Assembly (NCBI GenBank): GCA_965215005.1
Contig: CBDCCZ010000021.1
Location: 25,068-89,067, forward strand
Direction of reading: 5' to 3'
Length of the DNA stretch: 64,000 bases
From: Kofleriaceae bacterium
Lineage (GTDB): Bacteria > Myxococcota_A > Polyangia > Haliangiales > Haliangiaceae
Both the position numbers and the translations under genes were made by a program. Position 1 is the stretch's first letter. Every line of letters starts with the position of its first letter. Positions 52,354-60,982 of the stretch are shown here, in pieces. Below the pieces are notes generated by a model. That model worked only from the letters and a program-made list of their open reading frames with translations. It did no database searches and was not told the origin of the DNA.

Positions 52354-53417
52354 ACCGCAATCCTCTGAGTGGTGAAGACGACACCCGGGATGGCTTTGGC
52401 CAGCGTTGATGGCCAGGCGCAGTTGCCGATGTCGCCACCCTCGCCACTGTGGTTGGTTATATTTCCGCGAACCATCAAGGCTGTGCCGTTGGCGCCGGTG
52501 ACGTTCAAGTCCGGATCGATGGTCGTGCGCATGAGCGGGTCTTCATCGGAGAAGTAGAAGTCATCGGTGTCGACGGTCGCGCCCGCACGAGTTACCGCGA
52601 CGCCGCTCGTGGGTGCTCCGCTCGGTCCGATGAAGATCGACACGAACACACCGAGCTCGCCGAACGTCTGGCCATTGAGGCCTTCTACGCCTTCGGACCA
52701 ACGTTCATCGGTATCACGACGCAGCACGTATACCGGTAGGTTGGTGAACGGAACGCCTCTTTCCGTCAGCGCCGCGCCGCCACTGAGCCGATAGACATCG
52801 GCTGCGGCGCCTTCGGCCTCGTCGACTCCAACCGCGACGAATCCTCCCGTGGGAAACTCGATGTCATCGGCTCGAAAGCGGCCGCACTGGTCGACGCGAA
52901 GCTTCTTAGGCACGAGGGGTGGGGTGGTAGTCGGCTCGCTGGCGAAGGGCAGTGCCGGGAAGATCTGAAGCTTCAAGGAACACGGGCCGGAGGCGGTGAC
53001 CTCGGTGCAGACCTCATTACTGCCTCCGGGTGCTGCGATCTCGGTGCTGTCTTCGAGGTCGAGCAGCTGCCCACAGATAGTGGTTTTCGCCGGATCTGCT
53101 GGCGGCGGACAACTCAACGGGACCCCGCACGGCAAGGTTCCGCCGGTTCCCTGGCAAACGGTCACGCCGCTCTCATTGTCTTGAATTGAATCGGTGGTGT
53201 CGGCGTCGCACACCGTCGGCACTTGGTCCGGAACGCACTCCACTCCTTCTAAGTGGGTATTGGGACCACAGCGCGCGGTGGCGAGTGCCGAGTCTGCCGG
53301 ACGACACACGCCGTCTTGCTCCACCGTGCCCTCGCCGCAGTCGAGGTCGACGCATCCCGTCGTAAGTGGCAGAAGCGCTGCGACAGACGCCGCCATCAAC
53401 CATCGAATCGTCGACAT
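52344..53417 (-). CDS. Lipoprotein with Cys-rich N-terminal repeats (paralog of 39973..40890)
   Basis: SD AGGAG; TTGC lipobox; CGEGT...C / CGPNT...C repeats; overlaps the OmpA gene start. Confidence 0.8.
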   Translation of the reverse strand: MSTIRWLMAASVAALLPLTTGCVDLDCGEGTVEQDGVCRPADSALATARCGPNTHLEGVECVPDQVPTVCDADTTDSIQDNESGVTVCQGTGGTLPCGVPLSCPPPADPAKTTICGQLLDLEDSTEIAAPGGSNEVCTEVTASGPCSLKLQIFPALPFASEPTTTPPLVPKKLRVDQCGRFRADDIEFPTGGFVAVGVDEAEGAAADVYRLSGGAALTERGVPFTNLPVYVLRRDTDERWSEGVEGLNGQTFGELGVFVSIFIGPSGAPTSGVAVTRAGATVDTDDFYFSDEDPLMRTTIDPDLNVTGANGTALMVRGNITNHSGEGGDIGNCAWPSTLAKAIPGVVFTTQRIAVCN

Positions 53418-53427
53418 CGAGTCTCTC

Positions 53428-54483
53428 CTAAAAGTGAACATTGTCCTCATCGAGGTCGGGAAAAATGACGGCTTCGCCCGTCACGCTGGCGCTGTAGAAG
53501 CGATTGCGCATTGGCACGTTGATGACGCCCCGGGTCTTGCGTACGGGCGTTCCGCTCATGAAGTGGTATCCAACGGGCGAGAGCTCGCGCTCATCGTTCT
53601 CGAAGTTGGCGGGATAGTCTGGCTGCCCGTCTCCGTCGTAGTCGACGTATTGCCAGTGAATCGCGAGGTAATCGAAGTCTTCGACCACCTCATCGACGAA
53701 GAACTGCACGCCGCCAATCGGACCTTGGTTGGCGGGGTTGCTGCCGGTGACCGTGCCGCGAAAACGCCCGTTGAGCGGCAGCGTCAACACCTTGTCAGAA
53801 CCTTCGTAAAAATCTGGGTTGGCATCCCACAGCGCCTCGCATAGGGCAAGTCGACGGCGGTTCGATTCTTCGCCGGTACACTGCGGCGGCGGGATCCGGT
53901 CTGGAGCGGGGTCGGCGGGATTGTCTTCGACGCAGTAGTTCGCCGAAGTTGGATAGCGAAACGTGGAGAAGCTGGTCACCGCTTTCACGCCACTTCCGGT
54001 GAGACCTTCGAACTCGTCGAGCAGCCGGTTGCGACGCTCCGCGAGGAGCACATCGGTGATTTGTTCCTCGGTGGCGCCATCTGGGGCATTGCGCGGGTCG
54101 ACGATGCCCGTGTCCTCCTGCCATTTCGCGAGAAACTGCGTCACGTGAAGGCCCGGGTACCGGGTGTCTGCGAGCTCGATGAAGCAGGGCGATGATTGGT
54201 TGATGACTGGCTGAATGAAGAAGTCTTCAATGTGAAAGGCGTAGCCACCTGCCGTGGAGGCATCGTCGCCGGTCTCGTTGCGAAACATGTAGAACGAGAA
54301 CTTGGCCCCGAAGGGAACCTGAGCACCCGCGAGTGGTGGAAGGTCGTCGTCGGCGTTCCGCGAAGCCACCTGCACGCCGGGGCTCAGCGTCATTTGAATG
54401 TTCGACCCGCCAAACGTGTCGACGCAGCCACTTACGGTCAACGCGACTGCGAGAATGGCGAATGAGTTGCAAACCTTGGGCAT
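53428..54483 (-). CDS. Uncharacterised acidic lipoprotein
   Basis: VSGC lipobox; GGGAG upstream; one DYDGDGQPD motif. Confidence 0.8.
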   Translation of the reverse strand: MPKVCNSFAILAVALTVSGCVDTFGGSNIQMTLSPGVQVASRNADDDLPPLAGAQVPFGAKFSFYMFRNETGDDASTAGGYAFHIEDFFIQPVINQSSPCFIELADTRYPGLHVTQFLAKWQEDTGIVDPRNAPDGATEEQITDVLLAERRNRLLDEFEGLTGSGVKAVTSFSTFRYPTSANYCVEDNPADPAPDRIPPPQCTGEESNRRRLALCEALWDANPDFYEGSDKVLTLPLNGRFRGTVTGSNPANQGPIGGVQFFVDEVVEDFDYLAIHWQYVDYDGDGQPDYPANFENDERELSPVGYHFMSGTPVRKTRGVINVPMRNRFYSASVTGEAVIFPDLDEDNVHF

Positions 54484-54577
54484 GATGCGCGGCTCTCCCA
54501 GTTGGCGCGGTGGGGTGCGGGCTCTGTACTCACACGAGGATGTGCAAAAATCGTAAACGAGCGCACCCCACGTTCAG

Positions 54578-54607
54578 AGTGTATCGTTGCGAAGAAATGC
54601 GAGTCAA
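54578..54607 (-). promoter_or_regulatory. sigma70 promoter candidate for the lipoprotein-lipoprotein-OmpA-TonB unit
   Basis: TTGACT-N18-TACACT. Confidence 0.65.
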
Positions 54608-54703
54608 TGCAGAGGAGCCCCTAGTCGGCTTCCGTCTCTTCGTATGGCAATCCGCGAGGATGTGCGCCTGCGTGGTTCCGTCTGCGACTGATCGCGCGCC
54701 TCT

Positions 54704-55996
54704 TTAAAAGAGGTACTGCAGCGCCAGCTCGAGCGTGTAGAGCTGGCCTTCGTGATCGCCAGGAGCGAGGTTGGCCCGATCGCCCCAGCCAGCCATGTTC
54801 GCTGCGGCCGAGTTGTTGGCTATCGTCGTGGAATCCGGAATAAGCGCCTCAGCAGCCGTATCGATGCGAAAACTGTCGGTCAACATGACACTGAGGCCGA
54901 GGTTGAGCGTCATCTTATCGCCATCGGCATAATGACGATCCTGCGTCCGTTCGTTGACCGCACGACTGTCGAACGTCCAACCCCCACGAACCTCGACGCC
55001 CTCGCTGACGGCCAGCTGGGTGCCCAGGTGGATCGCGTAGTTGTCTTGCCAGTCGAGATCGTATCGCTGCGTCAACCCAGCGCCCTGATCGGGAAATTCC
55101 ACGACCAGTTCTTCAAAGCGCGACCACCCCACCCAGTCGAGCTGGGCGGCTACGAGCAAACGCTGAATCGGCCGATACGCCACCGATACGCCAGCTGACT
55201 GCGGCCACTCTTGAGTGTGGGCAACCTGCACGGCGCGCTCCTCTGTCGCTCCAGTGCTGCTGGGCAAGAGCAGAGTTCCCTCGCCGGAAGTCTCGACTGT
55301 AAGGGTGGTGCGGTACACCGCGCCGAGCGTTAGCTGCTCGGTGGGCGTAACCATGATGCCGGTGCTGGCACCGAAGCCGACACCTCGAGCAGCAAGACTC
55401 GAGTTGATCGGTTTGGCCGTTGCTTGCACGTCGAAGAGCCCGATGCCCACGCGAAAGCTAGCGCCGATGGCCAGCACGTCGTTGATCTCGAACGCGAGGC
55501 CGGGCGTTATCTCTAATACCGCGTCTTGCGTGGAGTCGATAGCGGGACGTTGATTGTTGATGCTGCCGTCTGCATTGCGAAATCGGTCATAGGAGATCTG
55601 TCCGCCGTAGGTGGCCCAGACTCCAACGCCGAAGGCGAAGCGACTAGGAACATCTTCTTGGCGCAAGCGATGGCTGAAGCCGAGTGATGGCAATGGTATG
55701 AGCGGCGAGTTTGGCTCTTGCGGAGCTCCGTAGCTGCCGTCGGACAACAGTGGCGTGTAGCTTCGCGGCGCATATACGAGCTCGCCACCGACCATGATGT
55801 GGGAGCGCTCGTGTGTCGCCAGCCCCGCCGGGTTGTACCAGAGTGCCGTGGGATCGTCGGCCACGGCGGTGAATGCACCGGAGAGCCCAACGCCGCGAGC
55901 CGACACCGGGTTGGGCCGCGCCAAGCCACCTGCATACGCAGGACTGGTGACCGCAAAGGCAAGCGTTAGCGCGCCAGGGATGAGTCGACGTCGCAT
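54704..55996 (-). CDS. FadL/OmpP1/TodX family outer-membrane transporter
   Basis: GLSGAFTAVADDPTALWYNPAGL motif; WSRF, WQD; terminal YLF. Confidence 0.92.
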   Translation of the reverse strand: MRRRLIPGALTLAFAVTSPAYAGGLARPNPVSARGVGLSGAFTAVADDPTALWYNPAGLATHERSHIMVGGELVYAPRSYTPLLSDGSYGAPQEPNSPLIPLPSLGFSHRLRQEDVPSRFAFGVGVWATYGGQISYDRFRNADGSINNQRPAIDSTQDAVLEITPGLAFEINDVLAIGASFRVGIGLFDVQATAKPINSSLAARGVGFGASTGIMVTPTEQLTLGAVYRTTLTVETSGEGTLLLPSSTGATEERAVQVAHTQEWPQSAGVSVAYRPIQRLLVAAQLDWVGWSRFEELVVEFPDQGAGLTQRYDLDWQDNYAIHLGTQLAVSEGVEVRGGWTFDSRAVNERTQDRHYADGDKMTLNLGLSVMLTDSFRIDTAAEALIPDSTTIANNSAAANMAGWGDRANLAPGDHEGQLYTLELALQYLF

Positions 55997-56196
55997 CAGC
56001 CCTCACCGCCCTTTTGCAGCGACGCGGAGCCGGCATCCGCGGCTGGCTCGCAGCGACGACTCTCTAGATCGCACACCTCACCTTGAGCGCGGAAACAGTC
56101 CAGATCGGATTTGCAGGCTTCATCGGGATACTCGTCCTCGAATAGGAAACAACCACCTGCGAGGCTCAAGAGGCAAATGGCCACTGCTCTGCGCAT
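55996..56196 (-). CDS. Small Cys-rich lipoprotein
   Basis: AGGC lipobox; C..D.DC...C...C; overlaps both neighbours (TGATG). Confidence 0.8.
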   Translation of the reverse strand: MRRAVAICLLSLAGGCFLFEDEYPDEACKSDLDCFRAQGEVCDLESRRCEPAADAGSASLQKGGEG

Positions 56197-57518
56197 CACC
56201 AGTCAAGCTCCGTGGTGTAAGTAACAGTGGCGCCGAAGCTCGCGAGCTCGCCTGGCGCGGGCACGATAGGCGTGAGCACCAGCGGCGCCGGAACGCCTTC
56301 CTGCGCGGCTGGCCGTTCTTGGATGAAGAAATAGATGCTCGTGCCCAGTGCGACCGCCGCGGCGCCAAAGGCTGCACCACTGATCAACCGATACCGCTTG
56401 CCTCGGCTAACCACCTCGCGTAGGTCTTCGCGACTGCGAACCGGCTCGATGTCGGCCGTACTCGCTAAGGGCACGTTGCTCGGCCGCGAGGTTTCGATCC
56501 GCCAAAGGTCGCGCGCTTCGTCCCGCGCTCGATGTTCGAGAATGCCGAAAGTGGCGCCGAGTGCCGCAAACGCCGCCGCGGTGCCTAAGCTGATATAGCC
56601 GCGTCGTCGTTGTCGTTGTCGCGCGACCACGGTCCGCAGCTCGACCTCGATGCGGCGGGTTTGCCCGCGATAGAATCGCACGCGCCGGCGCCAAGGCTCA
56701 TAGCTCGCAGAGCTGACCTCAATGCTGTGAATGCCGCTGCTCGCCTCGATGCGGCCGCGCTCATCACGCGCCGCTGGCTGGCCGTCGACCGCTATCGTCG
56801 CGTGGGCGGGAAGGCCGACGAGCTCGACCCAGCCATCTTGAATGTCCTCGGTGGAGCGGACCGCGATGACGTCGGGGTCGGTAGCCGCATTGGGATCGGC
56901 CGCCAGCTCGACTGCGACGTCCGTGACCACGCCTTCGTAGATCTTGGCCGTTGTCGTGGCCGGCAGATAGCCGCTGCGCTCGAGCCCAACCTCCACATCG
57001 CCTACTGCGATCGCACGCGGATCCATGGGAGTAGCGCCATATGCCAGACCGTTGACCCGAACTTGCGCGCCGTCGACGTTGGCGGTGACGGCGAGAGCGC
57101 CGCCGGCGGCATAGTCGCCCGTAAACGGCGGTCTACCCAGCCGATCACGGCACTGCGCATGAATCGCTCGAACCGCTGGAGCTTGCGGAGACTGGGGTGC
57201 CAGCTCCAACGCAGCGATGGCCTCCGCCAAACAATCCTCGAAACGGTCCTGCGCAAGCGCTACTTGCGCTAACCAGCGATGTGGACCCGGTAGCGAGGGT
57301 TCGAAATCGCGCGCGCGCTCGAACTGTGAGCGAGCGCGGTCGAGCTTACCGAGGTTGTAAGCATCTTGGCCTGCTTGATAGGCGCGGCTGAACTGCTGTG
57401 AGACCGGCTGCTCTTGCGCCCGCGCGGCACCGCTGGCGATCAGCAGTGGCACCACGATTAGGAGGAAGCTCACCGCGCTGGTGCTGCTGCGCTTCCTGCG
57501 TTTTCCCGCGATACCCAC
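56196..57518 (-). CDS. Exported TPR + two PEGA-like domain protein
   Basis: Signal peptide (..AARA); TPR; GAQVRVNG...G.TP..GY; hydrophobic C-terminal hairpin. Start uncertain (57518 or 57473). Confidence 0.8.
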   Translation of the reverse strand: MGIAGKRRKRSSTSAVSFLLIVVPLLIASGAARAQEQPVSQQFSRAYQAGQDAYNLGKLDRARSQFERARDFEPSLPGPHRWLAQVALAQDRFEDCLAEAIAALELAPQSPQAPAVRAIHAQCRDRLGRPPFTGDYAAGGALAVTANVDGAQVRVNGLAYGATPMDPRAIAVGDVEVGLERSGYLPATTTAKIYEGVVTDVAVELAADPNAATDPDVIAVRSTEDIQDGWVELVGLPAHATIAVDGQPAARDERGRIEASSGIHSIEVSSASYEPWRRRVRFYRGQTRRIEVELRTVVARQRQRRRGYISLGTAAAFAALGATFGILEHRARDEARDLWRIETSRPSNVPLASTADIEPVRSREDLREVVSRGKRYRLISGAAFGAAAVALGTSIYFFIQERPAAQEGVPAPLVLTPIVPAPGELASFGATVTYTTELDW

Positions 57519-57658
57519 GTTGGCCGCAACGATATCGCGAGCTACGCGGTGAATCCATGGCTGGAGGTTATGAACACGCTCACGAAGCTCATTAGCGCGG
57601 TGGTACGACCGAGCAAGCGCTACACGTAGTCTTATGTAAGTAGCAAACAGCGACGCCA

Positions 57659-59917
57659 TCACTGCGAAGGATCGTCGCGAGAGGCGCCACGTTTCTGAAA
57701 ACGGTCCCACGTGTTGATGGATCCGTTTACTGCCGGCGTGTCGCCTCGACTGCCTCGACTGCGTGTTCCACCGCGTACTGGTTGCTCGGTGATGATGCGC
57801 TGAACCGGCCGGTTGAACTCGACCTGCGGACCATCCCCGGTCTTGATCATGAGCTTGAGGTTGCCCCCGTCTTGCTTGAGCCGCTCGAGCTCTTGACCGA
57901 TCATCTGCGCAAAGCTAGCGCCGTCGCGGATCTGGCGATCTTGTACAGAGGTGATGATGTATCCCTCGGCAAGACCAATTGCCTTTAGATCTCCGGAGTC
58001 GAGGTTCGTGAGGAGCGCGCCAGTGTGAATGTCTCCAAAGCGCCAAGCAATTCCGGGAAACACCGTGGTCGCCGAGGCACCGAGAGCGTCGTGTTGTTTG
58101 GAGTAGGTCTCGAGCAGGCGTTCGACCTGTTCTTTAGGCAATTGGTACTGTACAAAGGCCAAAAAGCGAGAGCCAGAGCCTGCCTCGTAGGCTTCCCAAT
58201 AGGCATCGGTTGGGTTGGTGGGGACCGCAGCGCCACCGGTCTTGCTCAGGCTCTCGGCAACCGCATTGCGACCCTCGCGAACCGCACGGCGGGCAATATC
58301 ATAGCGCTTGTCGTCACTGTCGCCTTTGGCCTTGTCGAGCTCTGCGAGCCGGGTCTGGCGAGCGTCTGCGTAAATCTTGCCAACGGTGCTTTGCCAGTCC
58401 GAGTCGGTGATCTGCAGGCCGACTGCATGCGAGATGGCTTCGAGTGCGGCTTCTTTGGCTTCTTCGCGCGCGTCTTCTTCGGTGGCGGCAAATGAAGAGA
58501 TGCCGACACAGGAAAGTGCTTTTTGCTCGGTGGTGTTGCAAAAGGCGGTGAAGCGCTCATCGGAGGTGACCCACGCGGGGCGGCTTTCGCCGCTCTGCTC
58601 GATGAGCGGACCGACGGCGTCACGTCGTTCGACCCGCGCTGCCGCTTTCTCTTGCTGCAGGTAATTGTAGCCAAGCACCCCTGCGACCGCGAGCCCCGCG
58701 GCAACCGCGGCGGCAGCAAACATCATGCTCGTCTGGCCGCGGCGACCTGCGGCGGCCGCTTCGGCAACGGTGGTAGGAGCCTTCTTCTTCTTTTCTGGCT
58801 TGCGCTCTTGGACCTGCTTGATGAATTTGCGGGTCTGCGGAGAGATGCTCGGCTTTGGTAACGTCGTGAGGTGCGAGAGCAATCCTTCGGTCGCCGCACA
58901 CACCGTAGGCTCTTTGCACTCACTGCAGCGCATTTCCGGCGGCGTTGCGAACTTGAGTACGTCGTAGTGCTGCTCCACATCGATGGCGTACGACTGCGTC
59001 ATCGCGCACTTGTCGCACGCGTATGGCATGGCGAAGGTGATCACCTGCGCCTTGGGTCCGAGATCTTCGGGCTTGGTGAGCTTCTCGAGAAAAATTGGCG
59101 GAACGCCCAGGAGATAGATGGCCTCGGCCGCTGGCGTGAGCATCTGCAGGAAGCCGCGCCACTCGGCCGCGCCGGCAGGCTCGATCTTGCCCATTCCAGA
59201 TAAGTCGATGATAACGGTGCCTTCGAGCCCCTCGACCAGCTTCTCGCGCGGAAAGGTGCCATCGAGCGCACCACTGAGCTTGAGGTACGTCGAGCGCTCC
59301 TCGATCACCTTGTCGATGCGGAGCTTTTGCGCGCTATCGGAAACGGAGTAGTTGAGCTTGGCAGCGAGAAATGCGGCGACATCGGGCTCGAGCTCGAAAC
59401 GCTCTTGCGCAGCGATGAAGGCAAAGTAGGTTATGGGGTCTTCATCGAAGTACGCTGGCTCACCGGACTCGGGATCGACCCGCTCCGGCGGCTTCATGCT
59501 CTTGATGACTTCCCAGTCGCGATCTATCTGCATCAGTACCAGATGATCGGTATCGGTGTAGTCGCAGCGGTACGGGGCATAGAAGCTGAAGACTCGACCT
59601 GTGCCGGCGAAGTTGGCGACCATGTTGAGCTGGTCGACTACCTTGGGCGAGCACTCGATGAGCACGATCTCCTCGGTGTTCTTCGCGACCGCATTCATGA
59701 AGTCGACCCACTCGCGAATTCCGAACGAGGAGATTTTTCGAACCTCGGCCAGATCGAGCAGCAACGTGGTGCACTTGACGGTGCCCGCGGTCTTCTTGCC
59801 GTCGAAGTCTTCGTCGATCGTTCCGGTGAATTTGAGACAAACGATACCGCCGTCGGCGAAGCGATCGATGGCGAGCTTTTGCTCGGCTGGCTGAGTTTGC
59901 TGCGCGTGAGCTTCCAT
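57659..59917 (-). CDS. Bitopic membrane protein: STAS-(Zn ribbon)-STAS-Zn ribbon-TM-periplasmic domain-PDZ-like
   Basis: SD AAGGAG; LKFTGTIDE..LDLAEVRKISSFGIREW; LKLSGALD..IDLSGMGKIEPAGAAEW; CDKC..CSEC; Lys patch + TM helix; GLAEGYIITSVQDRQI PDZ-like segment. Confidence 0.8.
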   Translation of the reverse strand: MEAHAQQTQPAEQKLAIDRFADGGIVCLKFTGTIDEDFDGKKTAGTVKCTTLLLDLAEVRKISSFGIREWVDFMNAVAKNTEEIVLIECSPKVVDQLNMVANFAGTGRVFSFYAPYRCDYTDTDHLVLMQIDRDWEVIKSMKPPERVDPESGEPAYFDEDPITYFAFIAAQERFELEPDVAAFLAAKLNYSVSDSAQKLRIDKVIEERSTYLKLSGALDGTFPREKLVEGLEGTVIIDLSGMGKIEPAGAAEWRGFLQMLTPAAEAIYLLGVPPIFLEKLTKPEDLGPKAQVITFAMPYACDKCAMTQSYAIDVEQHYDVLKFATPPEMRCSECKEPTVCAATEGLLSHLTTLPKPSISPQTRKFIKQVQERKPEKKKKAPTTVAEAAAAGRRGQTSMMFAAAAVAAGLAVAGVLGYNYLQQEKAAARVERRDAVGPLIEQSGESRPAWVTSDERFTAFCNTTEQKALSCVGISSFAATEEDAREEAKEAALEAISHAVGLQITDSDWQSTVGKIYADARQTRLAELDKAKGDSDDKRYDIARRAVREGRNAVAESLSKTGGAAVPTNPTDAYWEAYEAGSGSRFLAFVQYQLPKEQVERLLETYSKQHDALGASATTVFPGIAWRFGDIHTGALLTNLDSGDLKAIGLAEGYIITSVQDRQIRDGASFAQMIGQELERLKQDGGNLKLMIKTGDGPQVEFNRPVQRIITEQPVRGGTRSRGSRGDTPAVNGSINTWDRFQKRGASRDDPSQ

Positions 59918-59933
59918 GGCTACTCCTTGCTCC

Positions 59934-60860
59934 CTACGCCTGGAAGAAGTGGAGGGACTTGGCCTGCGTTCGAAACTCGCGAAGATTGAGGTCGAGGTCG
60001 AACACCCCTGTGACCTCCGTCTGACTACCTGGTCGCACGTCGAAGAACAGTGCGACGGTGGCATTATGGCACACGAGCATCCCGAGCCCGGCACCGCCAT
60101 GGCTCGTATCCATCTCGCCGCCCGCGAGTCCACGGGCGAGTCCGCCAAACACGTGGCGGCGGTCGAGCCGGCCAAATGGATCAACGACTTGAATGACCAA
60201 TTGACTGCCATCGGAGGCAAGTCGCAGGGTCGGCTGCTCGCGCTCGCTGAGGTTGAGGCTCGCTTTGCGGTCGTGCGCGTAGCGCGGCTGGCCATTGGCA
60301 TCCGCTGGCGCATCGTACATCGCATTCATCAGCATCTCGTGACTGAGCTCGCCAAACATCTCAGCGACGCGCTTGGGGACTCCGAGATGCTCGATGAAGC
60401 GTTGCACCTTGCCGACGCTTTCATCGCGATGAGCGGTGGAGGCAATGCGTTCTTGAAAGCCAGCAAAGCCCCAATCCAGGAACGCCGAAAACGGCGGCGA
60501 GGCCTCCCGCTGGCGCGCTAGCCGCCGCGCCACCATCACGACCTCCCACGCGCGCGGCGGAGTTTCGAAGTCGCGCCGTCCGAGCACGTTGGAGATCTGT
60601 GGTGTCTCGACCAGATATCGAATGGAGCGCTGCAACGGCTCAGCAGTCCACATGACGCCGCGCAACGTTGGCTGTTGCTTGACCGCACCGACCATGAGAT
60701 CGGCATCGAAGGAGTCGGCACAAAGCAGGGCCGCCCCTTCGAGGTGAGCTGCCACGTCTTTAGGGTCGTGAACCGCGAGCGCATCGAAGCCGGCGCACTT
60801 GAGGTAGCGCACCAGCGGGCGGCTCACCATTTTGTTTCGTTCGAGAACGATTGCCCGCAT
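59934..60860 (-). CDS. Atypical receiver domain + RsbW-like GHKL ATPase/kinase domain
   Basis: N-box HEMLMNAMYDAP, DPFGRL, GGAGLG; paralog of 46346..47362. Confidence 0.78.
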   Translation of the reverse strand: MRAIVLERNKMVSRPLVRYLKCAGFDALAVHDPKDVAAHLEGAALLCADSFDADLMVGAVKQQPTLRGVMWTAEPLQRSIRYLVETPQISNVLGRRDFETPPRAWEVVMVARRLARQREASPPFSAFLDWGFAGFQERIASTAHRDESVGKVQRFIEHLGVPKRVAEMFGELSHEMLMNAMYDAPADANGQPRYAHDRKASLNLSEREQPTLRLASDGSQLVIQVVDPFGRLDRRHVFGGLARGLAGGEMDTSHGGAGLGMLVCHNATVALFFDVRPGSQTEVTGVFDLDLNLREFRTQAKSLHFFQA

Positions 60861-60982
60861 GAAGGTATTTAAGTCGTCTCAGCTAACGCCGAATCGATGG
60901 GCGGCGAGACGATTTTGATTCCGGCATCGTAACAAAATTACCGAGGCGTCACAATTGACGAGTCGTGCTAGTTTTTCAGCCA

